This document shows, one piece after another, positions 1 through 8,938 of a DNA stretch of 33,589 bases; the first letter of the stretch is position 1, and every line of letters starts with the position of its first letter. The position numbers and the translations under genes are program-made. The stretch comes from a virus (taxonomy: Duplodnaviria; Caudoviricetes). A model generated the notes under the pieces. The model was not told the origin of the DNA and ran no database searches. It saw only the letters and a list, made by a program, of their open reading frames with translations. The stretch is taken from positions 1 through 33,589 of IMG/VR virus record IMGVR_UViG_3300005512_000170. One strand, given 5' to 3'.

Positions 1-123
1 TAACCTTAATATCTCTAAACTACGTGCTGCTAAAAAGTTCCTAGACACTTTTGAAGTACCTCAAGAAGGTAGACATATTGCAGTATCTCCTAGTGGGATT
101 AGTGCTCTACTTGCATCTACTCA
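1..123. repeat. Direct terminal repeat (circular assembly overlap), left copy
   Basis: 1-123 is identical to 33467-33589 and lies inside the capsid ORF, which stays in frame across the join. Confidence 0.97.
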
Positions 124-448
124 GGTTACAAGTGCTGACTACAATAGCGTTAAAGCGTTAGTTCAAGGTGAGGTTGATACTTTCTTAGGTTTCAAATTTC
201 ACGTAATCGGTGATCGTGCTGAGGGTGGACTTCCTATCGATGGTAATAATGTTCGTAGTTGTTATGCGTGGCATGAAGGTGCTATTGGTTATGCTAATGG
301 TATCGATATGACTACTTCTGTAGATTGGATCGCTCATAAAAAATCATGGCTATCAGCAGGTAATCTTAAAGCAGGTTGTGTTATTCGTGATAACGATGGT
401 GTCGTTGAGATTTATTGTGATGAAGATGATGAGGATGGAGCAGCGTAA
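1..448 (+). CDS. Major capsid protein, 3' part (gene starts at 33021; 297 aa in total)
   Basis: Codons from base 2 read NLNISKLRAAKKFLD...ADYNSVKALVQGEVDTFLGFKFH...DEDGAA to TAA at 446-448. Follows the scaffold gene and precedes the tail tube genes. Missing from the ORF track. Confidence 0.9.
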   Translation, partial: NLNISKLRAAKKFLDTFEVPQEGRHIAVSPSGISALLASTQVTSADYNSVKALVQGEVDTFLGFKFHVIGDRAEGGLPIDGNNVRSCYAWHEGAIGYANGIDMTTSVDWIAHKKSWLSAGNLKAGCVIRDNDGVVEIYCDEDDEDGAA

Positions 449-463
449 TTCGCTGTTCTTCTT
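437..463 (+). terminator. Hairpin or possible weak terminator after the capsid gene
   Basis: GGAGCAGCG-taatt-CGCTGTTCT followed by TCTT, overlapping the stop codon. Confidence 0.45.
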
Positions 464-487
464 AAAATAAACTAGAAGGAACGCAAA

Positions 488-739
488 ATGGCTTTTGTAA
501 AAACTATGCTTAGTGGGAATATTGGAGCAGGTGGTCTTGGTAACAAACTTTTTTTCTGTGCTACAACTGATAATAAGGCTGCTGTAATCGCTGATGATTA
601 CTTTTTAGATGATGACGGTTATCTTGCACTTAGTGCAAACGATGTTATCATTGTTACTGCTAGTGATGCTGCTGTCGCTCTTAGAGTTACTGCAAGTTCA
701 AGCACTACTGTTACAACTGAGTACGTAGAAGTAGCTTAG
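488..739 (+). CDS. Small virion protein, probable capsid decoration/cement protein
   Basis: 83 aa, Ala/Thr/Val-rich, AAGGA RBS, directly after the capsid gene; function inferred from synteny. Confidence 0.55.
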   Translation: MAFVKTMLSGNIGAGGLGNKLFFCATTDNKAAVIADDYFLDDDGYLALSANDVIIVTASDAAVALRVTASSSTTVTTEYVEVA

Positions 740-779
740 TGATTTTAAGGCACTCTTAGGAGTGTCTACTAAATTACTA
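737..779 (+). terminator. Long intergenic stem-loop (terminator or processing site), hairpin family copy 1
   Basis: TAGTGATTT..AGGCACTC-TTAG-GAGTGTCT..AAATTACTA; related cores at 17205-17222 and 32014-32031. Confidence 0.6.
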
Positions 780-791
780 AAAGGGTGACTA

Positions 792-1337
792 ATGGCTTTA
801 AAAATTGAAATGATTTCTAACGCTTTTGTGCTATTAGGAGCCTCTCCTATAGCATCTCTTGAAGAGGGTTCTGAAGGTTTAGTTGCAAGTGCTCTTTATG
901 AGCAGAACTATAAAACTCTTCTAGCATCTCATAGTTGGAGATTCGCTACTAAAAAAGCTACTCTTGCTAGATTGGTAGACACTCCACAGAACTCATACGA
1001 CTATCAGTATCAATTACCTAGCGATATTATCACAGTAGTAAACGTGTATCAAAATACAGACTATGAGATCTATGGTGATAAGTTATACAGTAATCAGCCT
1101 ACAATAGAGATAGATTATCGTTATAGAGTAGACGAAACATTACTGCCTTCATACTTTGTGAGTACCTTTGAGTTCTTACTAGCGTCACTTTTTGCAGTAC
1201 CTATTACAGATAACTCACAAAGAGCTACTTATTACTATGCAGTTTATCAGGAGCAGCTACGAAAAGCTAAGAATATTGATAGTATGTCACGTCCTAGTGA
1301 CCCTATCGTAGATAGCCCTCTAACGGATATATACTAA
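792..1337 (+). CDS. Tail tubular protein A / adaptor (T7 gp11-like)
   Basis: 181 aa with SNAFVLLGASPIASL, HSWRFATK and YQYQLPSD motifs typical of podovirus adaptors; position after capsid. Confidence 0.8.
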   Translation: MALKIEMISNAFVLLGASPIASLEEGSEGLVASALYEQNYKTLLASHSWRFATKKATLARLVDTPQNSYDYQYQLPSDIITVVNVYQNTDYEIYGDKLYSNQPTIEIDYRYRVDETLLPSYFVSTFEFLLASLFAVPITDNSQRATYYYAVYQEQLRKAKNIDSMSRPSDPIVDSPLTDIY

Positions 1338-3247
1338 TGGCTCGCTCAAGAGTAATGCAAAACAGCCTTTCAGGAGGGGTTATATCACCTGTTATGAAAG
1401 GTCGTAGAGATCTTGAAAGCTATTACAACTCTCTAGAAGAGGCTGAGAACGTAGTATTATTACCTCAAGGTGGTGTAGAGCGTAGACAAGGACTCTTCTA
1501 TACAGGAGTAACTCATGCTCTTACTAATGGTAGTGGTAGACTATTTGTCTTTGAGTTTAGCCTAACTCAGCGTTATCTCTTCTTATTTGATGAGGATGAT
1601 CTTAGGATCTACACTTTAGCAGGTACTTTACTCTATACATGGACAGGGTGGAACGCCACAGCCGATATGCTAAGAGAGTTTGACATTATCCAAAGTGCCG
1701 ACACAGTTATCATCACTCATGAGAGTATGGTTCCTATTAAGATTGTTAGAGGTGCTACAGATACTTCATGGACAGCTACAGTAATAACCTTTAAGAATAT
1801 TCCATATTATGATTACACCGAAGCTAATATTCCTGATTATCAAAATTTCGGAACATCTCAGACTGTAGATATAACTGAGAATGATATTGTTTGGAATTAT
1901 GATGGTAATGATACTAACGGTACTAATGGTCACTTATACCAAGCTACAGCGGCAGGAGCAGGTAGTACCGATTTATCCACAGAAGATTATACAGTTGGAG
2001 CTAATTGGACTGATTTAGGTGAGCGTGAAAACTTATTTGATGGTGGTTATCCTAGGACTTGTACTTTCCATCAGGGGCGTTTATGGTTTGGTAGTATTAG
2101 AGATAAGCCTACTTCTGTTATAGGATCGGTAGTAAATGATTACTTTAACTTTGACTTAGGTTATGGTGATGTACAAGCTGATAGTGGTATCTTTGATACT
2201 ATTGACACAGATCAATTTAATGCTATACAAAACATCATCTCAGGTAGAAACTTAGTAGTTATGACATCTTCAGCTGAGTATATCAATACAGCAGATGTCA
2301 TAACACCTACTTCCTCGGCATGGTATAGACAAACAGGTTATGGATCTAAGAGATTAAAACCTGTAGTGTTAGATGGTTCTATTTTCTTTACAGATCGCTA
2401 TGGTAAGACTTTACGTAACTTTGTCTATACAGATAGTGAATCAGCATATACATCTCTTCCTGTGAGTATTCGTGCAGAGCATTTATTAACGGATATTACT
2501 GATATTGGGGTTCTAAAAGGGACTACTGAGTCAAGTAATACCTTAGTTTATATTATAAATGGAGATGGATCGCTAGCAGTTCTTAATATATTCCCTGGTA
2601 ATAACACGTATGGGTTTACTAAGTGGACTACTCCTAATGGTACGTTTAAAGCTGTAGAGGTTACTTATGACTCTACGTTTTTCTTAGTAGAGCGTGATGG
2701 TGTAGAATACTTAGAGGTTATTAGTAACTCATACGATGGGTATATGGATCATCGCTTTGAGTATAACCCTGGTACTGCAATAAATAGAATAGAGGTGGAT
2801 AGTGTTCTCTATAACAACGACACTACTGTACAGCTTGCAGGCATTACCCAAGAGATCCCCGCCACAGTAACTTTTGAGAGTGGTACGTATTATGCGTATG
2901 CAGATAGTAGTGATGGTACTTATATCTCCGCAGGTCTCAACTATGATGTTACAGTTAAGACACTTCCTATATCCATAAGCTCACAAGCTGAGGGCAACAT
3001 AGCTCACTTACCTAAGCGTATTACTAGGGTATTCGTAGATCTTTATAATACTAAGGAGGTTTATGTGAATAACTTCTTAGTTACATCTCGCACTTTCTCA
3101 GCTACGTTAGATAGTGAGTTCCCACTTATAACAGGTCAAGAAGAAGTGCGCTTATTAGGTTATAATAACACAGGTCAAATAACAATTACACAAAGCACTC
3201 CAAGTCCTATGACGTTGTTAGCGTTGGATCTTGAAGTATCATTTTAG
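1337..3247 (+). CDS. Tail tubular protein B / nozzle (T7 gp12-like)
   Basis: 636 aa, beta-rich; SGGVISP, NVVLLPQGGVERRQG, QSADTVIITH and GYPRTCTFHQGRLWFG motifs. Confidence 0.85.
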   Translation: MARSRVMQNSLSGGVISPVMKGRRDLESYYNSLEEAENVVLLPQGGVERRQGLFYTGVTHALTNGSGRLFVFEFSLTQRYLFLFDEDDLRIYTLAGTLLYTWTGWNATADMLREFDIIQSADTVIITHESMVPIKIVRGATDTSWTATVITFKNIPYYDYTEANIPDYQNFGTSQTVDITENDIVWNYDGNDTNGTNGHLYQATAAGAGSTDLSTEDYTVGANWTDLGERENLFDGGYPRTCTFHQGRLWFGSIRDKPTSVIGSVVNDYFNFDLGYGDVQADSGIFDTIDTDQFNAIQNIISGRNLVVMTSSAEYINTADVITPTSSAWYRQTGYGSKRLKPVVLDGSIFFTDRYGKTLRNFVYTDSESAYTSLPVSIRAEHLLTDITDIGVLKGTTESSNTLVYIINGDGSLAVLNIFPGNNTYGFTKWTTPNGTFKAVEVTYDSTFFLVERDGVEYLEVISNSYDGYMDHRFEYNPGTAINRIEVDSVLYNNDTTVQLAGITQEIPATVTFESGTYYAYADSSDGTYISAGLNYDVTVKTLPISISSQAEGNIAHLPKRITRVFVDLYNTKEVYVNNFLVTSRTFSATLDSEFPLITGQEEVRLLGYNNTGQITITQSTPSPMTLLALDLEVSF

Positions 3248-3259
3248 AAAGGGGTTAAT

Positions 3260-3694
3260 ATGGTAGGGTACTTAATCGCAGGTCAAGCAATATTATCAGC
3301 TTTTAACTCATATCAGCAGGGTCAGATCTCTAAGGAAGCCTTCAGACATGATGCTGCTATGCAAGCTCTAGCAGAAAAACAGATAGGAATTAATTTAGCT
3401 TTTGATAATGCTAAACGCAAAGAACAATACGCTGAGACTTTAGCTATGCAGAACGTATTATCCGCAGCTATGGGTAGAAGTGGTGGATCTCTAGAAGCTC
3501 TAAGCTCTACAGGTGCAGAAAATCTACGTAAAGATATGGAGATCGCTAAGAGTAATGCAGATATCTCACGTATCTCAGCCATGATGGGCGGTGAGATTGC
3601 AAGAGCTTCAGGTGAAACTGCTGCACGTATGGGTTTACTCGGTGGTGGACTAGAACTTCTTAAAGGTGGTGTACAAGCTGCACCATACTTATAA
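3260..3694 (+). CDS. Internal virion (ejection) protein, small (T7 gp14-like)
   Basis: 144 aa, Ala/Gly-rich and helical with hydrophobic ends; follows the nozzle gene. Confidence 0.65.
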   Translation: MVGYLIAGQAILSAFNSYQQGQISKEAFRHDAAMQALAEKQIGINLAFDNAKRKEQYAETLAMQNVLSAAMGRSGGSLEALSSTGAENLRKDMEIAKSNADISRISAMMGGEIARASGETAARMGLLGGGLELLKGGVQAAPYL

Positions 3695-5262
3695 TGATAC
3701 CTGTATATGAAGGGCAAAATGTAGCCCCACAGTTAAACATCACAGACAACACACGTCAAGGTCTACAAGTTGTGGCAGACGCTAGTGATCGTCTATTAAG
3801 TAGACTCTCAGGAGTTATAGGAGCGTTTAAACCTATAGCTGAGAAACAACTCTCAGAAGATACTATTAACAAAGCTCTAACTGATGTAGAAGAGGGTAAA
3901 GTAGATAGTGAGAGTGTAGCGTTAGTTGCAGAAGATCTTTATAGACAAACTGCACGATCAGCACTCACAGCTAAGATGCAGAACAATAGTTATCTATATG
4001 GGGAGTCTGTACTACAGAACCAAAAAGCATCTAATAGATATGATGTAGAGAGTTTTACTAAGAACTATGATGCTTATGCTAATAAGACCCTTAACGGTAT
4101 CAAAGATCCTTCTATTCGTTATGAAGTTGAACAGACTCTAGCTAAAGAGCGTAATAAGTATGCTTCTACAATCACAGCTCTACAGATCAAACAGCAGACC
4201 GATAACATGAAAGCAGACTTTGAAGCTAACCTGAAGCTCAAAGCTCAGGATATGTCTAAGTCTTGGGGTGTGAATAATGATGAGGTTGTTAAGAGCTATA
4301 CGCAGATAGAGAAAACATTAGGACTAATGGTTACTAATGGAATGATCTCAGAAGGTGAAGCAGATCTAAAACTCAAAGAGATTACCGATGCAGGGTATGT
4401 TGAAGCAGAACTTAGAGCGTTTAGAAATAGTGATAACCCTACTAAGTTCTTAGAAGAGTTTAGAAAAAATGAATATGGTTTAGATAACGAAACTTTAGAC
4501 AAGACTATACAGCGTATGCAAAATGTGATGAGATCTCAGATACAAGATAGAACTATCTTATCGGATCAAGCAGAAAAAGAGCATGAGAGTTTCGTTAAGA
4601 ATAGTAAGAACTCTATAAACTATAAATTAGTTCAAGGAACTTTAACAGAAGACGATATTAATGGAGCTTTAGCGTTAGGTATTATTAATAGATCTGAATA
4701 TGATGATCTTCGGGTTCGTATGAAAACTCCTGGCGTAGATAAGTCTGATGATGCTACTTACTTTCAGTATAGAGCTAACTTAGATCATACAAGTATTGAA
4801 GCTATCACTCAAGAACAATCATTATCAAGACAAGACAAAGAAAAACTCATTACAGCTCTTAACTCAGAAGAGAATCAAATGAGAGCGCAAGCTTATGATG
4901 AGATAGACAATCGCTTTGGTATGTTTAAGGGTACTCTCATGAGTAAGTTGGACTTTAATAATGATAATGGTAGAGATTATGCGATTGTTAAAAGAGAATT
5001 CTTTGATAAGACTCAAGAGCTTAAACCTGAAGATCAAACACCTTCAAAATATGTAGAGCTGGCTAGACAAATTCTTAAAGAATATGATGCAGGTGAGGTC
5101 TTAGGTACTAAGAAGTATAGAGAAGCTCAAAGTGGTACTTTGGATAACTCTAAGATAAATACTAGAGACTATATAGAAACGCAAACAGGTATTAAAATAG
5201 ACAGTAACAATACGTTAGATCAGAACTTTACGATACTGAGATTCTTAAAGGACATTAAGTAA
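3694..5262 (+). CDS. Internal virion (ejection) protein
   Basis: 522 aa, helical composition, translationally coupled to both neighbours; synteny. Confidence 0.6.
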   Translation: MIPVYEGQNVAPQLNITDNTRQGLQVVADASDRLLSRLSGVIGAFKPIAEKQLSEDTINKALTDVEEGKVDSESVALVAEDLYRQTARSALTAKMQNNSYLYGESVLQNQKASNRYDVESFTKNYDAYANKTLNGIKDPSIRYEVEQTLAKERNKYASTITALQIKQQTDNMKADFEANLKLKAQDMSKSWGVNNDEVVKSYTQIEKTLGLMVTNGMISEGEADLKLKEITDAGYVEAELRAFRNSDNPTKFLEEFRKNEYGLDNETLDKTIQRMQNVMRSQIQDRTILSDQAEKEHESFVKNSKNSINYKLVQGTLTEDDINGALALGIINRSEYDDLRVRMKTPGVDKSDDATYFQYRANLDHTSIEAITQEQSLSRQDKEKLITALNSEENQMRAQAYDEIDNRFGMFKGTLMSKLDFNNDNGRDYAIVKREFFDKTQELKPEDQTPSKYVELARQILKEYDAGEVLGTKKYREAQSGTLDNSKINTRDYIETQTGIKIDSNNTLDQNFTILRFLKDIK

Positions 5263-6314
5263 TGGATCAAAATAAAATAAGATTAGAAACTGTAGGTACT
5301 ACGTCTACTCAGACTTTAGAAGATCAGAAGAATATTACTGAGGATATGATTAGAAAAGACCCTGCCTATGCTCAAGCGTATCGCACAGTTCAAAGTTTTT
5401 TAAGACCTAATACTACTTCTGAGTATGCTCCTGATACTACAGCAACAAAAACCCCTGAAGAGATGAGTAATGGTATACAAGAGTTCACACCTGAGTATAC
5501 TGATGAGGAAGCTGCTGAGATGGGTATGCAGATGGTAAGTGACTTTAAGAACGCTTTTTATACTGCTGATCAAGGTTTAGGTCTAATTGGTACTTATAAC
5601 ACACTTAAAGATGCTCCTGAGGATGTTAAAAAGTCAGCATGGTATATGTGGAAGCATTATGATAGAGCGGATGCTACTTTAGACTCAGCTACAAGATTCT
5701 TTAAGTCTATGGGGGTAGACCCTACGATGTATACACCTGCGCTTAGTCTTAAACTATTCGGACAAGCATCTGCACGTAAAGCTACTGAGATGATCTTTAA
5801 GAAACTACTATTAGGTAGTGGTGTGGCAGGTGGAGCTTATACAGGTGGCGAGGAAGCATTGGCTCAGGAGTTAGAAGGTGAATACGATCCTATGGCTGTA
5901 GCTACAGCAACTTCTATAGGAGCGGTTGTTGGTACAGTAATCCCTGCTGGTATAGTTGGTGGATCTAGAGGATTAGCTAAACTTGCTAGAGAAGGTGAGG
6001 AAGAGATGCAGCGTTTAGCTGGGGGTGGTATCCCTCCTGTGGATCCTATAAGTGATAAATTTAACTTAATAAAACAAGATCTACAAGATAAAATCAATAA
6101 GATTGAGAATAGTGATAGTAAAGATTTATTTCAAAAATATTTAGATAGTGCGTTAGAAAATGTTGATGATGTTGATAAAAATAAATATTATAAAGCGTTA
6201 GATAAGCAAGTAAGTAAAGCTTTACCTCAGATTACTGATAACGCTATGAAGGCTAGATTATCTAATAGTGAAATATCGTGGACTAAAAGTAAGAATATGG
6301 AGCCTAAACAATGA
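5262..6314 (+). CDS. Putative internal virion protein with Gly/Ala-rich hydrophobic segments
   Basis: 350 aa; LLLGSGVAGGAYTG and AVATATSIGAVVGTVIPAGIVGG segments; lies in the ejection cluster. Confidence 0.55.
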   Translation: MDQNKIRLETVGTTSTQTLEDQKNITEDMIRKDPAYAQAYRTVQSFLRPNTTSEYAPDTTATKTPEEMSNGIQEFTPEYTDEEAAEMGMQMVSDFKNAFYTADQGLGLIGTYNTLKDAPEDVKKSAWYMWKHYDRADATLDSATRFFKSMGVDPTMYTPALSLKLFGQASARKATEMIFKKLLLGSGVAGGAYTGGEEALAQELEGEYDPMAVATATSIGAVVGTVIPAGIVGGSRGLAKLAREGEEEMQRLAGGGIPPVDPISDKFNLIKQDLQDKINKIENSDSKDLFQKYLDSALENVDDVDKNKYYKALDKQVSKALPQITDNAMKARLSNSEISWTKSKNMEPKQ

Positions 6315-8938
6315 TAGACCTACAATTAGATCAAGAACAAGTAAACCAAGATGCTGAGATGATGAGTCAGGAGTTAGAGACTCCTACTACTGAAGTACCT
6401 CAGCCTATACCTGGTAGTGAAACAGCAGGTCTTACAAGCACGTTTAGTAGACGTATTGCTAGAGAGTTCTTAAGAGATCAAGAAGAGATGATCACTCAAA
6501 GAAGTCAAAAGCTAGAAGAAACTAAGTTAGAGGACTTAGATCCTGAAGAGCCTTATCAGATTAACTTTGACACGATTAATGATACTGATGACATTAAGAA
6601 AACTTTTGGTGTACTTAATGAACAGAATCGTAATGCTATTCAAACTCAAAGAAGAGAAGTAGTACCTGATGAAGAGCTTAGAACTCTTGCATTTGACCTC
6701 TCATCTGATCCTGAAACTATTAAGACTGTATTAGGTCTTAAGCCTGGTGAGATCTTAGCTCCTGAGTATATTCTCTCTATGAAACAAGTCTTAACACAAT
6801 CAGCTAACAAGCTAAGAGATATGTCTAAGATGATCACAGAAGGTACAGCTAGTGATGCAGATAAGATGTCATTCCATAAACAATGGGAGTTCCACTCTCA
6901 GTTCACAAAACAGTTCATGGGTGTACGTGCTGAGTATGGTAGAGGTCTTAGAGCTATGGGTGTACATGAAGGTGATGCTCCTGTTAATGAGCTTAACGAT
7001 GTTATGGAACGCTTTAGTGCAGGACACATGGATACTAACATCATGGCAGAACAATTATTAAGAGCTGAAGATACTGCATCTATTACTAGAGTGGTAAAAG
7101 CTCAAAGTGATGGTAAGATCCAAAGAGTTAGTAATGCGTTTTCTGAGCTTTATATTTCCTCCATACTAAGTGGTGTACAGACTCATATTGTCAATAGTGT
7201 GTCAAGTGCGATTCGTACTGCTAGTATGCCTATAGATACTGCTGTAGCAGCACTCTTTAAAGCCGATGGAGACGATGTGATAGTGTCAGGTGAAGCTACA
7301 GCACGGCTAAAAGGTATGATGGAAGCTAACATAGAAGCTATGCAAACAGCCTGGAAAGTGCTTAAGACAGGTGAGGCGTATGGTGATGCTTCTAAGATGG
7401 ACGTAGATTATGTTAAAGCGATCTCAGCAGAAGCCTTTGGTATACAAGAGGGATTATATGCAGACTTTGTTGATGCAGCAGGGAAAGTTATAAGATTCCC
7501 TACTGATAACTTAATGGGTGCTGAAGATGCTTTCTTTAAAGTTTTAAATGAGCGTGGAGCTATTAGACAGATCGCACATCGTAAAGCAGTGACGCAAGGT
7601 CTTACAGGTGAAGAGTACAACGACTTCATAACCAACTTTATGAATAGTCCTTCTAGCGATGCTTTAGCTGATGCAAGAGAGGCAGGGTTAAGAGGTACGT
7701 TTCAACAAGAGTTAGGAAGCGCAGGAAAGTCTGTTCAGAAAATGCGCAATAACTTATGGGGTGGTAAGTTTATCATGCCTTTTGTTAAGACTCCGATCAA
7801 TTTGATCTATGAAGGTTTCGTAGAGAGAACCCCGATTGCACTTGCTAGTAAGAAGTATAAAGATGCCCTTATCAATGGTGGTAAAGATGCTCAGATGGCT
7901 AAGGCTAAGTTAGCTGTAGGTACTGCTATTAACAGCACTATGATCGGTACTTTTGCTGCTTTAGAGTATGGAAATAGCTCTAACGACTTTGAGATCATTG
8001 GATCATATCCTTCAGATTTTAAGTTAGCCCAAGCTATGAAAGATGCGGGTGTTAAAGAAAACAGTATCGCTTATACAGATGATACAGGTACTCGTCAATA
8101 TATGAGTTTTGATCGCTTAGAACCTTTTAACTCACTCCTTAAGTTATACGCTAATGTGATGCAAGTGCAGAAGATCGCTAATATTAACGACCTTGATCCT
8201 GACGCTGAGAGAGAGCTTAACAAAGTTGCAGCAGGTATGACTTTAGCATTTAGCGAAGCTACAGTTAATCAAACTTTCATGAGAGGTGTTAAAGACTTCA
8301 TGGAAGCTCTTACAGCAGGCAACAGTATCTCTAAGATAGAACGTCTTGCGGCAAACTACACTAACGCTATTATCCCTTATAGTGGAGCTTTAAGATCTAT
8401 TACTAGAACTTTTGATGAGCAGGTAAAAGATGCAGATGGTATCTTAGATAAAGTTTCAAGATCTCTACCATACGTAGGTAAAGATAACCCTCCCGTGTTA
8501 GATAACTATGGTAATCCTATATTAGTTGAGAATAATCTAACACCTGCCTACGCTAAGATGGTACAGAAGGGTTCTAAAGATTACGTGCGTAATGAGGTCT
8601 TAAGAGTTACAGAAGCCACTAAAACTGTACCTATATTTAAACCTAAAAAGAACTTTGGTGGATATAGAATGACTGCTCAGGAGTATTATGATTATGTGAA
8701 TTATGCTACTAAAGATAAGATAAATGGTAGAAATTTATATGAAGATATTAAGAATACTATGAGCATGGAAGAGTATAAGCGGTCAAACGATCATATTAAA
8801 GCTCTTTATTTAAGAACTGTTAGAGATGCACACTATGATTATGGTAAAATAAAACTATTTGAAAAGTATCCTAAGATTAGAAAATATGATATGGATAAGA
8901 AAGAGTTTAACTTAAATCTACTAAGAGGCGGTAACTAA
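6311..8938 (+). CDS. Large internal virion (ejection) protein
   Basis: 875 aa; SILSGVQTHIVN, AEDAFFK, FIMPFVKTPINL and SFDRLEPF motifs; immediately before the tail fibre. Confidence 0.7.
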   Translation: MIDLQLDQEQVNQDAEMMSQELETPTTEVPQPIPGSETAGLTSTFSRRIAREFLRDQEEMITQRSQKLEETKLEDLDPEEPYQINFDTINDTDDIKKTFGVLNEQNRNAIQTQRREVVPDEELRTLAFDLSSDPETIKTVLGLKPGEILAPEYILSMKQVLTQSANKLRDMSKMITEGTASDADKMSFHKQWEFHSQFTKQFMGVRAEYGRGLRAMGVHEGDAPVNELNDVMERFSAGHMDTNIMAEQLLRAEDTASITRVVKAQSDGKIQRVSNAFSELYISSILSGVQTHIVNSVSSAIRTASMPIDTAVAALFKADGDDVIVSGEATARLKGMMEANIEAMQTAWKVLKTGEAYGDASKMDVDYVKAISAEAFGIQEGLYADFVDAAGKVIRFPTDNLMGAEDAFFKVLNERGAIRQIAHRKAVTQGLTGEEYNDFITNFMNSPSSDALADAREAGLRGTFQQELGSAGKSVQKMRNNLWGGKFIMPFVKTPINLIYEGFVERTPIALASKKYKDALINGGKDAQMAKAKLAVGTAINSTMIGTFAALEYGNSSNDFEIIGSYPSDFKLAQAMKDAGVKENSIAYTDDTGTRQYMSFDRLEPFNSLLKLYANVMQVQKIANINDLDPDAERELNKVAAGMTLAFSEATVNQTFMRGVKDFMEALTAGNSISKIERLAANYTNAIIPYSGALRSITRTFDEQVKDADGILDKVSRSLPYVGKDNPPVLDNYGNPILVENNLTPAYAKMVQKGSKDYVRNEVLRVTEATKTVPIFKPKKNFGGYRMTAQEYYDYVNYATKDKINGRNLYEDIKNTMSMEEYKRSNDHIKALYLRTVRDAHYDYGKIKLFEKYPKIRKYDMDKKEFNLNLLRGGN

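Noticed and set aside
1-123. Terminal repeat as a biological T7-type DTR
   Set aside because: It falls in the middle of the capsid gene, so an assembler overlap from a circular or permuted genome is more likely.
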